Part shown: positions 6,955 through 15,500 of the stretch, piece by piece | Layout of the letters: every line of letters begins with the position of its first letter | How positions within the stretch are numbered: the first letter of the stretch is position 1 | NCBI GenBank assembly: GCA_003168335.1 | Contig: PMSM01000002.1 | Coordinates: forward strand, 484,899-548,898 | Length of the DNA stretch: 64,000 nt | From: Blastocatellia bacterium | GTDB taxonomy: Bacteria > Acidobacteriota > Blastocatellia > Pyrinomonadales > Pyrinomonadaceae | Direction of reading: 5' to 3' | Made by a program: the position numbers and the translations under genes | Notes under the pieces: model-generated | Database searches by the model: none | The model's input: only the letters and a program-made list of their open reading frames with translations | What the model was told of the DNA's origin: nothing

Positions 6955-9933
6955 ATGGCCATAAGCCCTCAACAGATTGGAAAGCAAGACGCGCTGATCA
7001 AAGAGCTTCGCAAAATTGTCGGTCGCGAAAATGTTCTGGCTGAGCCCGAAGAGCTGCTCGTCTATGAATGCGATGGCTTGCCTCAGCACAAACATCCGCC
7101 CCGCGCCGTAGTCTTCCCGACCTCAACTGAAGAAACTTCGGAAGTCCTCAGCCTGCTCTCGGAAGAAGGGGTGAGTTTCGCGCCGCGTGGGGCGGGCACA
7201 GGACTTTCCGGTGGCGCGCTCGCAGTCGATCGTGGGGTGGTGATCGAGCTTGCCCGCATGCGCGCGATTTTGAAAATCGACACTGAAAATCGCCTGGCCG
7301 TAGTCCAGACTGGACTGGTGAACGCGCATCTTTCGCGCGCGGTCGCACCGTACGGCCTTTACTATGCGCCCGATCCTTCGAGCCAACCTTCGTGCACGAT
7401 TGGAGGGAACATCGCCGAGAACGCCGGCGGTATTCATTGCTTGAAATATGGCACCACAACTGATCACGTGGTCGGCGCTCGAGTGGTCCTGGCCGACGGT
7501 TCTGTCGTCGATCTCGGCGGAGGTTCGCCCGGCTATGATCTGCTCGGTGTCTTCGTGGGCTCGGAAGGGACGTTTGGGATCGCGACCGAGGCGACCGTGA
7601 AACTTTTGCCGGTTCCGCCGGCGGTGCGGACGCTACTGGCTGACTTTACTGATGTTGATGATGCCAGCCGCGCGGTCTCAGCAATTATTTCGGCGGGCAT
7701 GCTGCCGGCCGCGCTGGAAATGATGGACAACGCGATCATCCGCGCCGTCGAAGCCAGTATCTTCGCCGCCGGATTACCTGTAGATGCCCAGGCAGTCCTG
7801 CTCCTCGAGTTAGACGGCATCGAAGCCGGCATCGATGATGACGCGGCGCAGGCTGAAAGCATTCTGAGCCACCACGGCGCGCGTTCAGTGCGTCGCGCGA
7901 CGGATCCGAACGAGAGAAATAAACTTTGGGCCGCGCGCAAAGGAGCGTTCGGCGCCGTCGGTCGTTTAAGTCCCGACATCATGATTCAAGATGCGGTCGT
8001 GCCGCGCTCGCGTCTTCCCGAAGTCCTCGCTGAAACTTATCGCATCAGCGCGCACTACAACCTGCAACTGGCGAACGTGTTCCATGCTGGTGATGGCAAT
8101 CTGCATCCGCTGATCTGTTTTGACCTGCGTCGCGGTGACGATCTCGAACGGGTGCGGCAAGCCGGGCGCGAGATCATGGAAACCTGTGTGCGCGCCGGCG
8201 GTTCAATCACCGGAGAGCACGGTGTCGGCCTCGATAAGATCAGCTACCTGCCTTTGATTTTCAGCGATGATGACATGGACGCGATGCTGCAAGTGCGTGC
8301 CGCGTTCGATCCTTCGGGGCTGTGCAATCCCGGCAAGATTATTCCGTTGCCGCGTGGATGCGGCGAAGCACGGGCGGTGGCGACTCAACCAGTGTCGGAA
8401 CCGGGAGCGGACCGGGGTCCCCAAGCGGGCAGCCCGGTGGTGGATGCGACCGGGTCAAAGCTGGGAGCATCTCATCCGCAAAGGCGCGACAACTCGACCA
8501 GTTCGACAAGCTTAAGTTCGTCGGACGCCCCGCGTGACCGAACCGCACAGAAGCACGCTCTGATTTCCACCAAACTTAATGAAGCGAGGATTGCCCGCGA
8601 ATTCTCGCGCATCGTCGGCGACCAAAGCGTGCGTAGACTTTCAGATTCCATTGCGACTTCGCAAAGCACCGCGCCGGCTGCGGGGCGATCACTTGAACGA
8701 TTCCTTGAAGTAGCGCCGCAATCGACGGAAGCCGCTGCTCAAGTGATGCAACTGGCTATGAAGCAAGACCTGGCCGTGGTTCCGGCTGGGGCGGCTACCT
8801 GGATCGATGTCGGCAACCTTCTCAGTCGTTCGGATTTATTAGTTACGACGCGGCGCATGACCCGAGTGCTGAAGCACGAGCCGGCGGATCTGGTCGCCAC
8901 CGCGGAAGCCGGGTTGACACTCAACAGTTTTCAAGAGCACCTGGCGCAAGCGGGACAGTGGTTGCCGATTGATCCGCCTGATGATGCCAATGGTGGACGC
9001 GCCACCCTGGGCGGCGTGGTCGCTACCGGATTGGGCGGCCCCCACAGTTTCGGTTTTGGCTTGCCCAGGTCATTCGTGATTGGCATGAGGGTGGTGCTCT
9101 CCGATGGCCGCGCGATCAAAGCCGGAGGGAGTGTCGTCAAAAATGTTGCGGGCTATGATCTTTGTAAACTATTCACTGGAAGTTACGGGACGCTGGGCTT
9201 AATCACTGAGTTGACCTTCAAGCTGCGACCGCTGCCGGCCGAAAGCCGAACCGTCATGGCTTCGGGATCACTGGCGTCGCTGATCAACGCAGGCCGCAAG
9301 GTCTACAGTAAGTTCGCCCCGGTCGCCATTGAATTAATCTCCAGCCGCCTGGCGAAAGATTTGGAAATCGTAAACGAGCTTGAGACTGCCTTGATGATGC
9401 GATTTGTTGGATCGGCGCGGTCGGTTGTGGCGCAAACTGCACAGGCCCTCAAACTTTTCCGTGACGATGGTGTTCGGTGCGCAACGCTCGATGAGGAGTC
9501 TCAGCCGTGGAGCAAATTGAGCGCCGTGCCTTTGCAGTCTCACGACGATCTGAGGTGGCGGGTCGCTTTGCGACCTACCGATCTGGTTTCCTTTCTGAGC
9601 GACATAAGTGCCCTGGAAAATGATGAAGCGTCGCACTTAGGGCTGCGCTGGCATGCCGGGTTGGGCGATGGCCGCCTGCGCGCAATTGCTCGTGCTCCGG
9701 TGTATCATCGCGAAGCCGTGCGCGCCCTGGAACGTCTCCGGCAGAAAGCCGAAAGCCTCGGCGGCAGCCTGGTCGTTGAAAGCGCGCCAATCGAGATCAG
9801 GAATGAATTCGATGCCTGGGGCGATTTTGGTTCGGTGGCTGAGTTGATGCAGCGAATTAAGCTTGAGCTCGACCCACAGAATTTACTGTCGCCGGGGCGA
9901 TTTGGTCGCGGGGACGGAAGGACAATCAGGTAG
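6955..9933 (+). CDS. glcDE: Fused FAD-linked glycolate oxidase subunits GlcD (N-terminal) and GlcE (C-terminal)
   Basis: The N-terminal ~465 aa have the GlcD pattern (FAD-binding PCMH domain RGAGTGLSGGA, C-terminal GEHGVG...CNPGKIIP). A low-complexity linker of ~70 aa follows, then a second PCMH FAD-binding domain (VVPAGAATW...VKNVAGYDLCKLFTGSYGTLG) typical of GlcE. Confidence 0.85.
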   Translation: MAISPQQIGKQDALIKELRKIVGRENVLAEPEELLVYECDGLPQHKHPPRAVVFPTSTEETSEVLSLLSEEGVSFAPRGAGTGLSGGALAVDRGVVIELARMRAILKIDTENRLAVVQTGLVNAHLSRAVAPYGLYYAPDPSSQPSCTIGGNIAENAGGIHCLKYGTTTDHVVGARVVLADGSVVDLGGGSPGYDLLGVFVGSEGTFGIATEATVKLLPVPPAVRTLLADFTDVDDASRAVSAIISAGMLPAALEMMDNAIIRAVEASIFAAGLPVDAQAVLLLELDGIEAGIDDDAAQAESILSHHGARSVRRATDPNERNKLWAARKGAFGAVGRLSPDIMIQDAVVPRSRLPEVLAETYRISAHYNLQLANVFHAGDGNLHPLICFDLRRGDDLERVRQAGREIMETCVRAGGSITGEHGVGLDKISYLPLIFSDDDMDAMLQVRAAFDPSGLCNPGKIIPLPRGCGEARAVATQPVSEPGADRGPQAGSPVVDATGSKLGASHPQRRDNSTSSTSLSSSDAPRDRTAQKHALISTKLNEARIAREFSRIVGDQSVRRLSDSIATSQSTAPAAGRSLERFLEVAPQSTEAAAQVMQLAMKQDLAVVPAGAATWIDVGNLLSRSDLLVTTRRMTRVLKHEPADLVATAEAGLTLNSFQEHLAQAGQWLPIDPPDDANGGRATLGGVVATGLGGPHSFGFGLPRSFVIGMRVVLSDGRAIKAGGSVVKNVAGYDLCKLFTGSYGTLGLITELTFKLRPLPAESRTVMASGSLASLINAGRKVYSKFAPVAIELISSRLAKDLEIVNELETALMMRFVGSARSVVAQTAQALKLFRDDGVRCATLDEESQPWSKLSAVPLQSHDDLRWRVALRPTDLVSFLSDISALENDEASHLGLRWHAGLGDGRLRAIARAPVYHREAVRALERLRQKAESLGGSLVVESAPIEIRNEFDAWGDFGSVAELMQRIKLELDPQNLLSPGRFGRGDGRTIR

Positions 9934-10097
9934 CGGCTTCGTCGCCCCGATGTGCGGAAAGCCTATGGCTTTCCGGCAGTCATTACTAGAAGATTTCAGA
10001 GGCTACGTCTCTGAACGCGAGGCGTAGCCTCACGAGATAAGACAAGGGACGCGCGCCGGAAAGGCAGAGCCTTTCCGCACATCAGGCGGCAGAGCCG
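9933..10097. repeat. A-type composite palindromic element, copy 3
   Basis: Same architecture, lying between the glcDE stop and the ggt start. Confidence 0.9.
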
Positions 10098-10125
10098 TTT
10101 TCTAAACCGAGCGAGAGGAATTTTG

Positions 10126-11889
10126 ATGATGAGAGTGACCAGAACTCGCGGAACTATTCGGCTAATCACGACAGCTATTCTTTCTGTCGCGATCACAGCA
10201 TCGCTGACCTTCCAGCCAGACCATGGCATTACTACCCACGCCGCCTCGCGCGAACCCGTGCGGGCGCGGCACGGAGTGGTCGCCGCGACGAATGAGATCG
10301 CTTCGAACGTGGGCGTGGACATCATGAAGCGCGGTGGCAACGCCGTCGATGCCGCGATCGCAGTTGCTTTCGCGTTGGCGGTAACACATCCGGCCGCCGG
10401 CAACCTGGGTGGTGGCGGCTTTATGATGATTCGCTTGAAGGATGGACGCACCACCGCGATTGACTATCGCGAGATGGCGCCCGCCGCTGCGACCCGCAAC
10501 ATCTATCTGGATCAGAACGGAAATGTAATCGAAGGCGAAGGCGGTTCGATCGAAGGGTATCGTGCCGCGGGCGTTCCGGGCACCGTGCGCGGAATGGAAT
10601 TGGCGCTGAAGAAATACGGCTCAGGCAAACTTACCTGGACTCAATTGATTGAACCCGCGCGGCGCCTGGCGGCCAATGGTTTCACGGTCAACTACAATCT
10701 GTCGCGTTCGTTGCGTGGAAGTCGTGAATACCTTTCAAAGTACGCCGAGACAAAACGCATCTATCTAAACAACGGCAAGTTCTACAATGAAGGTGATGTG
10801 TTTGTGCAGCCCGATCTCGCGGCTACGTTTGCGCGTTTGCAGCAACGCGGACCTAATGAATTCTATAAAGGACATACGGCGCAGTTGATTGCCGCGGACA
10901 TGAAACGTCACCAGGGCCTGCTCACTTTGGACGATCTGCGCGGATACGTTGCCAAAGAACGCCAACCTTTGCGCGGCAATTATCGTGGTTACGAAGTGAT
11001 TTCGATGCCTCCGCCTTCATCCGGCGGCGCCGTGCTGATCGAGATGCTCAACATCCTGGAGGGATACGATTTCAAGAAGATGGACTGGGCGTCTTCAGAT
11101 CGCTATCACCTGATGACGGAAGCCATGCGCCGGGCGTTTGCCGACCGCGCGGAGTACATGGGCGACACCGATTTTGCGAAAGTGCCGATAGCGGGTTTGA
11201 TAGATAAAAAGTACGCCGCGCAACTGCGCACAACCATCAACCCCGAACGCGCTTCGTCGAGCGAACAAGTGAAGGCCGGGAAGCCAGCCGGTTATGAATC
11301 AGAAGAGACCACACACTTCACCGTCGTCGATACGGATGGGAACGCGGTCGCGAACACTTACACGCTGAATAATTCGTACGGCTCGGCGGTGGTGGCAAAA
11401 GGGACTGGTCTCATCATGAATGACGAGATGGACGACTTTGCCGCCAAGCCCGGCACGGCTAATCTCTACGGCCTGATCCAGGGCGAGCGCAACGCCGTCG
11501 CTCCGCGCAAACGCCCCCTGTCCGCGATGACGCCGACGTTTGTGCTGCGCAAAGACGGCAGCCTCTGGTTCACGGTGGGCAGTCCCGGTGGGCCAACCAT
11601 CATTAACACCGTCCTCGATGTGATCACGAACGTGATCGACTACGGCATGAATATTCAGCAGGCCATTGATGCGCCGCGCATCCATCATCAATGGCTGCCG
11701 GACGAGTTGGTCTTCGAGCCCTACGGATTGTCAGGGGACACACAGAACGCCTTGATCGCTCGCGGCCACAAGCTCGCGAAGCCCCGTTACCTGGGCGATG
11801 CCGAAGGGATCATGATTGAAGAAAAAACGGGCATGCGTTTGGGTGCGACTGATCCACGACGGAGTGATGGGTTGGCGGTTGGGTATTAG
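10126..11889 (+). CDS. ggt: Gamma-glutamyltranspeptidase
   Basis: Signal peptide, GGNAVDAAIA, GNLGGGGFM, and the autoprocessing/catalytic Thr context EETTHFTVVDTDGNAV, plus GSPGGPTII. GAGAGGA lies 7-8 nt upstream of ATG 10126 (the ORF track starts at TTG 10123). Confidence 0.9.
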   Translation: MMRVTRTRGTIRLITTAILSVAITASLTFQPDHGITTHAASREPVRARHGVVAATNEIASNVGVDIMKRGGNAVDAAIAVAFALAVTHPAAGNLGGGGFMMIRLKDGRTTAIDYREMAPAAATRNIYLDQNGNVIEGEGGSIEGYRAAGVPGTVRGMELALKKYGSGKLTWTQLIEPARRLAANGFTVNYNLSRSLRGSREYLSKYAETKRIYLNNGKFYNEGDVFVQPDLAATFARLQQRGPNEFYKGHTAQLIAADMKRHQGLLTLDDLRGYVAKERQPLRGNYRGYEVISMPPPSSGGAVLIEMLNILEGYDFKKMDWASSDRYHLMTEAMRRAFADRAEYMGDTDFAKVPIAGLIDKKYAAQLRTTINPERASSSEQVKAGKPAGYESEETTHFTVVDTDGNAVANTYTLNNSYGSAVVAKGTGLIMNDEMDDFAAKPGTANLYGLIQGERNAVAPRKRPLSAMTPTFVLRKDGSLWFTVGSPGGPTIINTVLDVITNVIDYGMNIQQAIDAPRIHHQWLPDELVFEPYGLSGDTQNALIARGHKLAKPRYLGDAEGIMIEEKTGMRLGATDPRRSDGLAVGY

Positions 11890-11912
11890 GCTTGAAATCT
11901 TCTGGAGGCTCA

Positions 11913-12107
11913 ATGAAGTTTAGCGAACTTGTACGCCTGCTTGAGAAGAACGGTTTTCATCTGCTGAAAGAGAAGGGCTCAATTCGTTACTATGCTAAGC
12001 CAGGGTACGACAAGTTGGTTAGAGTTGATTTTCATGGCACGAAGGAAGTTCCGACAGGTACTTGTCATGCTATTCTGAAGGCAGCCGGGATTAAGGAAAG
12101 GAGTTGA
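11913..12107 (+). CDS. hicA: HicA-family mRNA interferase toxin
   Basis: The 64-aa product MKFSELVRLLEKNGFHLLKEKGS...FHGTKEVPTGTCHAILKAAGI fits the HicA/YcfA pattern. GGAGG precedes ATG 11913 (the ORF-track start 11892 is an upstream TTG). Confidence 0.8.
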   Translation: MKFSELVRLLEKNGFHLLKEKGSIRYYAKPGYDKLVRVDFHGTKEVPTGTCHAILKAAGIKERS

Positions 12108-12111
12108 CGCG

Positions 12112-12360
12112 ATGATCGACCTTAAGTACTCGCTGTTTATCGAGGCGACGTCGGATCCAAGTTTCTTTGGGTTTTATTCGCCTGATCTCGAAGGCTTCAC
12201 GGGCGTGGGCCACTCAATCGAAGACTGTCTATATAAGGCGAAGTGGGGAATGGAAGAGCACGTCGCTCTCCTTGCCGATCAGAAGTTGCCCATTCCCAAA
12301 GCTAATCCAAATCCAACCGTAGTTGTTCAGAATGAAGCAGAGCTAGCTCCGGCCGCTTAG
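12112..12360 (+). CDS. hicB: HicB-like antitoxin (N-terminal HicB fold only, no obvious DNA-binding tail)
   Basis: The 82-aa product starts 4 nt after the hicA stop. YSLFIEATSD.SFFGFYSPDLEGFTGVGHSIEDCLYKAKWGMEEHV fits the HicB/UPF0150 N-domain pattern. Confidence 0.7.
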   Translation: MIDLKYSLFIEATSDPSFFGFYSPDLEGFTGVGHSIEDCLYKAKWGMEEHVALLADQKLPIPKANPNPTVVVQNEAELAPAA

Positions 12361-12374
12361 CTCCATGAAGAAAC

Positions 12375-13733
12375 ATGGCCTCGGCCCAACCATCCAGCCT
12401 CGCGACTGCTCTGGCATCTGAACAAGAAAAACTTCTCGCCTGCGTGCACTGCGGGCTGTGTCTCGAAGCGTGCCCGACTTACGTGGTTACCGGCGACGAG
12501 AACGACAGCCCGCGCGGACGTCTCTACCTGATGCGCGCCGTGGAAGAAGGACGGCTCGCGGTTGAGTCGGCGACCTTCGAAAATCACATCGATCGTTGTC
12601 TTGGCTGCCGCGCCTGCGAAGCTGCCTGTCCGGCCGGGGTTGAATATGGCCAACTGCTGGAAGCAGCCCGCGCCGAGATTACGCGATCGCAACCCAAGCC
12701 CGGCGGCATCCACGCGTTGCTGAAATTTGTTTTGCGGCACGTTTGGCTGAAGCCGAAGCGTTTGCGCGCTGCTTTCGCGCTGGCTCGCTTTGTGCGTGAT
12801 TCACGTTTGGCCAGGCTCTTACTGCGCAGCGGATTGGCGCGCGGGATCTCGTCCGAGTTTGAGTTCGCCTTAACCTTGCTGGACAGTTCATCATCAATCA
12901 TCGACAAGAATTACAGAGCCAGTAATGACCAAGCATTGCCGGCGCGCAGGATGCCCGCGCACCGCCCGCAAGATGCGGGCGCTCCGGTGGTCCTGCTCTT
13001 CAAAGCCTGCGTCACCGAGGGTTTGTTTCAGAGAGTCAACGCAGCCACCGCGCGTGTGCTCGAAGCAAACGGTTGCCAGGCGCAGGGGCCGTCCGGCCAG
13101 GTTTGTTGTGGCGCTTTGCATGCGCATGCCGGCGAGTTGGATGGCGCACGCACGTTAGCGCGACAGAATATCGATGCGTTTGGCGAAAGCGACACGCCCG
13201 TCATTACCAACGCTGGCGGCTGTGGCGCGATGCTCGCCTCCTACGGACATCTGCTCGCCGAAGATGAAAAATACGCCCAGCGGGCGCGGAACTTCAGCGC
13301 GCGGATTCGCGACATCGGCCAGCAACTCGAGACGGACGGGTTTCGTAATGGCGCGGCGATTGGAGTCGAGCGAACAACTTACGATGCTTCCTGTCACCTG
13401 CTGCACGGACAGCATGGCTCAGCGGCAGCTTTGCAAATGCTTTGGGCGATTCCGAATTTGAACTTCGTGCTCTTGAAAGACAGTGAAGTCTGTTGTGGAG
13501 GCGCCGGCGTTTACAACTTGCTTGAGCCGGAATTGTCAGAACAGGTGCTGGCAGAGAAGCTAAAGCGGATTGAAGACAGCGGCGCCACGGTCCTGGCCAC
13601 GGGTAACGCGGGGTGTCACATGCAGATTGCCGCCGGCGCGCGTTTGGCGGGCATGTCTTTGCGAGTTTGTCATCCGGTTGAACTGCTTGACGAATCGTAT
13701 CAGCGTGCCGGGTTATATGAATCAGAGAGGTGA
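12375..13733 (+). CDS. glcF: Glycolate oxidase iron-sulfur subunit
   Basis: Two ferredoxin-type clusters (CVHCGLCLEACPTY and CLGCRACEAACP) are followed by two CCG (Cys-rich) domains (VCCGA..., VCCGGAG...). Confidence 0.85.
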   Translation: MASAQPSSLATALASEQEKLLACVHCGLCLEACPTYVVTGDENDSPRGRLYLMRAVEEGRLAVESATFENHIDRCLGCRACEAACPAGVEYGQLLEAARAEITRSQPKPGGIHALLKFVLRHVWLKPKRLRAAFALARFVRDSRLARLLLRSGLARGISSEFEFALTLLDSSSSIIDKNYRASNDQALPARRMPAHRPQDAGAPVVLLFKACVTEGLFQRVNAATARVLEANGCQAQGPSGQVCCGALHAHAGELDGARTLARQNIDAFGESDTPVITNAGGCGAMLASYGHLLAEDEKYAQRARNFSARIRDIGQQLETDGFRNGAAIGVERTTYDASCHLLHGQHGSAAALQMLWAIPNLNFVLLKDSEVCCGGAGVYNLLEPELSEQVLAEKLKRIEDSGATVLATGNAGCHMQIAAGARLAGMSLRVCHPVELLDESYQRAGLYESER

Positions 13734-13736
13734 CGG

Positions 13737-14171
13737 ATGAATGAATCCCCGACCCAAAGGCGTCTGGCGATGGCCGGCGCGTTGCTCTTCTTCATTGGAA
13801 TGCTGTCCGGCTTGTGGGCGGGCGTGGCCCTGACCGGCAAAGTGAAAGTTGGCATTCCGCATTTGGCGCTGGCGGCGCATCTGAACGCGTTGCTCGGCGG
13901 GCTTTGGCTGCTGGCAGTAGCCTGGACCTTTCAGTTCCTGCATTATGGCGCAGCGGGCCTGCGCCGGTTGGCGTTCGCGGTTGCGGTTCCCGCCTGGGCC
14001 AACTGGCTCGTTACGCTGATTGCTTCTTTCCTGGGAGTCAGGGGACTCGAGTACACCGGTGACATGAAGAACAACGCGATCGCATTTGCGCTGCAGGCGT
14101 TTGTGGTCCTGCCGACCCTGGTGGCGTGCGGTTTTTGGGTGTGGGGCTTTCGCGCGCGCCGAGGCCGGTGA
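13737..14171 (+). CDS. Small integral membrane protein of unknown function
   Basis: 144 aa with four hydrophobic segments. It starts 4 nt after the glcF stop. No motif recognised. Confidence 0.45.
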   Translation: MNESPTQRRLAMAGALLFFIGMLSGLWAGVALTGKVKVGIPHLALAAHLNALLGGLWLLAVAWTFQFLHYGAAGLRRLAFAVAVPAWANWLVTLIASFLGVRGLEYTGDMKNNAIAFALQAFVVLPTLVACGFWVWGFRARRGR

Positions 14172-14177
14172 AGGGAA

Positions 14178-15401
14178 CTATTGAAACGCGACGTGACCCC
14201 CGACGATTGTCAGCCGCAGATTCCGAGCTTCATCCAGAGCCACCAGATCCGCGCGCTTCCCTTCCTCAATCGATCCGCAATCAACATCGATTCCCAGCAG
14301 GCGCGCAGGATTCAGTGAGGCCATGCGCGCTACGTCGGATTCAAAAATTCCGAGCGAGAGCATCATGCGGACCGCGTCCAGCATGGTGATAACTGAACCC
14401 GCAATGCTGCCGCGGGCGTTTTGAGTCCGGCCGTCTTTCACCACAATCTTCTCGTCCCAGATGTGATACTCGCCGTCGCCAAGCCCGGTGGGCGCAATGG
14501 CATCGCTGATCAAAGAAACTCGGTCCGCGGTCTTGCTGCGCAGAATTAACTTGAGTATGGAAGGGTCGACATGGATTCCGTCGGCGATCACGTCACAGGT
14601 GACCTGATCGTGAATCAGGCCCCAGCCCACCGGCCCAGGCGCGCGATGATGCAACGGCGCCATGGCATTCATGAAGTGGGTCATATGATGGGCGCCGGCC
14701 CGCAGTGCTTCGTCGAGAACGTCGACTGTGGCGCGCGTATGCCCGATTGAAATGATCCATCCGCGCCGGTGAAGTTCGTGGATCAGGGCAACGCCGCCCT
14801 CGATCTCCGGCGCGAGGGTCATCATGTGGATCGCGCTTTCGTGCTTGATTGTCGGGAGCGCATCAAGGTCGGCCGCATTTTGATAAGGGCGAAAGTGCTC
14901 GCGATGAAGCGCGCCGCATTGTTCGCTGTTAACAAACGGACCTTCATAGTGAACGCCAAGAACGCGCGCTGGTGGCACAGACTTCAGTCTGTGATCGCGA
15001 GCGCCGGAATCAGCACAGACTGAAGTCTGTGCCACCGCCTTTTCAATCGCGTGGATCGCTTGTTCGTATTGCTCAATCGTCGAGGGCACCAGCGTCGGCA
15101 ACCAGGCAGTGACCCCCTTACTTGCCAGAAACATTCCGACTCGGCCCAGGTCGTCCGCGTTCGCGGCCATCGTGTCGACACCGGCGGCGCCGTGAATGTG
15201 GAGGTCTATGAATCCGGGGAAGAGAGTGAGGCCGTCCAGATCGACTACGGCATCGGCCGCCGGCAACTGAGGTGTTTCCGAATCAAAAACTCGGACGATG
15301 TGACCTGCTTCGATCAGCACAGCGCCCTGCTCGATCACGCGATCGTGACCGATGATCCGCGCGCCGCGCAATAGAAGCGAGTTGGTCGAATCTGGTGCCA
15401 T
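14178..15401 (-). CDS. nagA: N-acetylglucosamine-6-phosphate deacetylase (carries an in-frame palindromic insertion)
   Basis: GFIDLHIHGAAGVD metal site, LPTL, LGVHYEGPF, SIGHT, THFMNAM, DGIHV and GSIAGS motifs of NagA. 407 aa. Confidence 0.9.
   Translation of the reverse strand: MAPDSTNSLLLRGARIIGHDRVIEQGAVLIEAGHIVRVFDSETPQLPAADAVVDLDGLTLFPGFIDLHIHGAAGVDTMAANADDLGRVGMFLASKGVTAWLPTLVPSTIEQYEQAIHAIEKAVAQTSVCADSGARDHRLKSVPPARVLGVHYEGPFVNSEQCGALHREHFRPYQNAADLDALPTIKHESAIHMMTLAPEIEGGVALIHELHRRGWIISIGHTRATVDVLDEALRAGAHHMTHFMNAMAPLHHRAPGPVGWGLIHDQVTCDVIADGIHVDPSILKLILRSKTADRVSLISDAIAPTGLGDGEYHIWDEKIVVKDGRTQNARGSIAGSVITMLDAVRMMLSLGIFESDVARMASLNPARLLGIDVDCGSIEEGKRADLVALDEARNLRLTIVGGHVAFQ
14971..15036. 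repeat. Perfect 66-bp nested palindrome inside the nagA coding sequence
   Basis: GGTGGCACAGACTTCAGTCTGTG (14971-14993) is the exact reverse complement of CACAGACTGAAGTCTGTGCCACC (15014-15036), with a 20-nt spacer. Each arm is itself a hairpin (CACAGACT-nn-AGTCTGTG). Confidence 0.95.
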
Positions 15402-15481
15402 GTTGTTGAGCTATTAAAACACGATCAGACCCCAAACGTACGAATGCCCGCAGCGTTTTCGCCACGGGCATCCGGTTAGGT

Positions 15482-15500
15482 CTAACGCTCAAAGCGTTAG
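15482..15500 (-). terminator. Hairpin immediately after the TonB-dependent receptor stop codon
   Basis: CTAACGCT-CAA-AGCGTTAG is a perfect 8-bp stem abutting the stop at 15501-15503. A second hairpin (GCCCG...CGGGC) follows at ~15445-15475. There is no clear U-tract. Confidence 0.35.
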
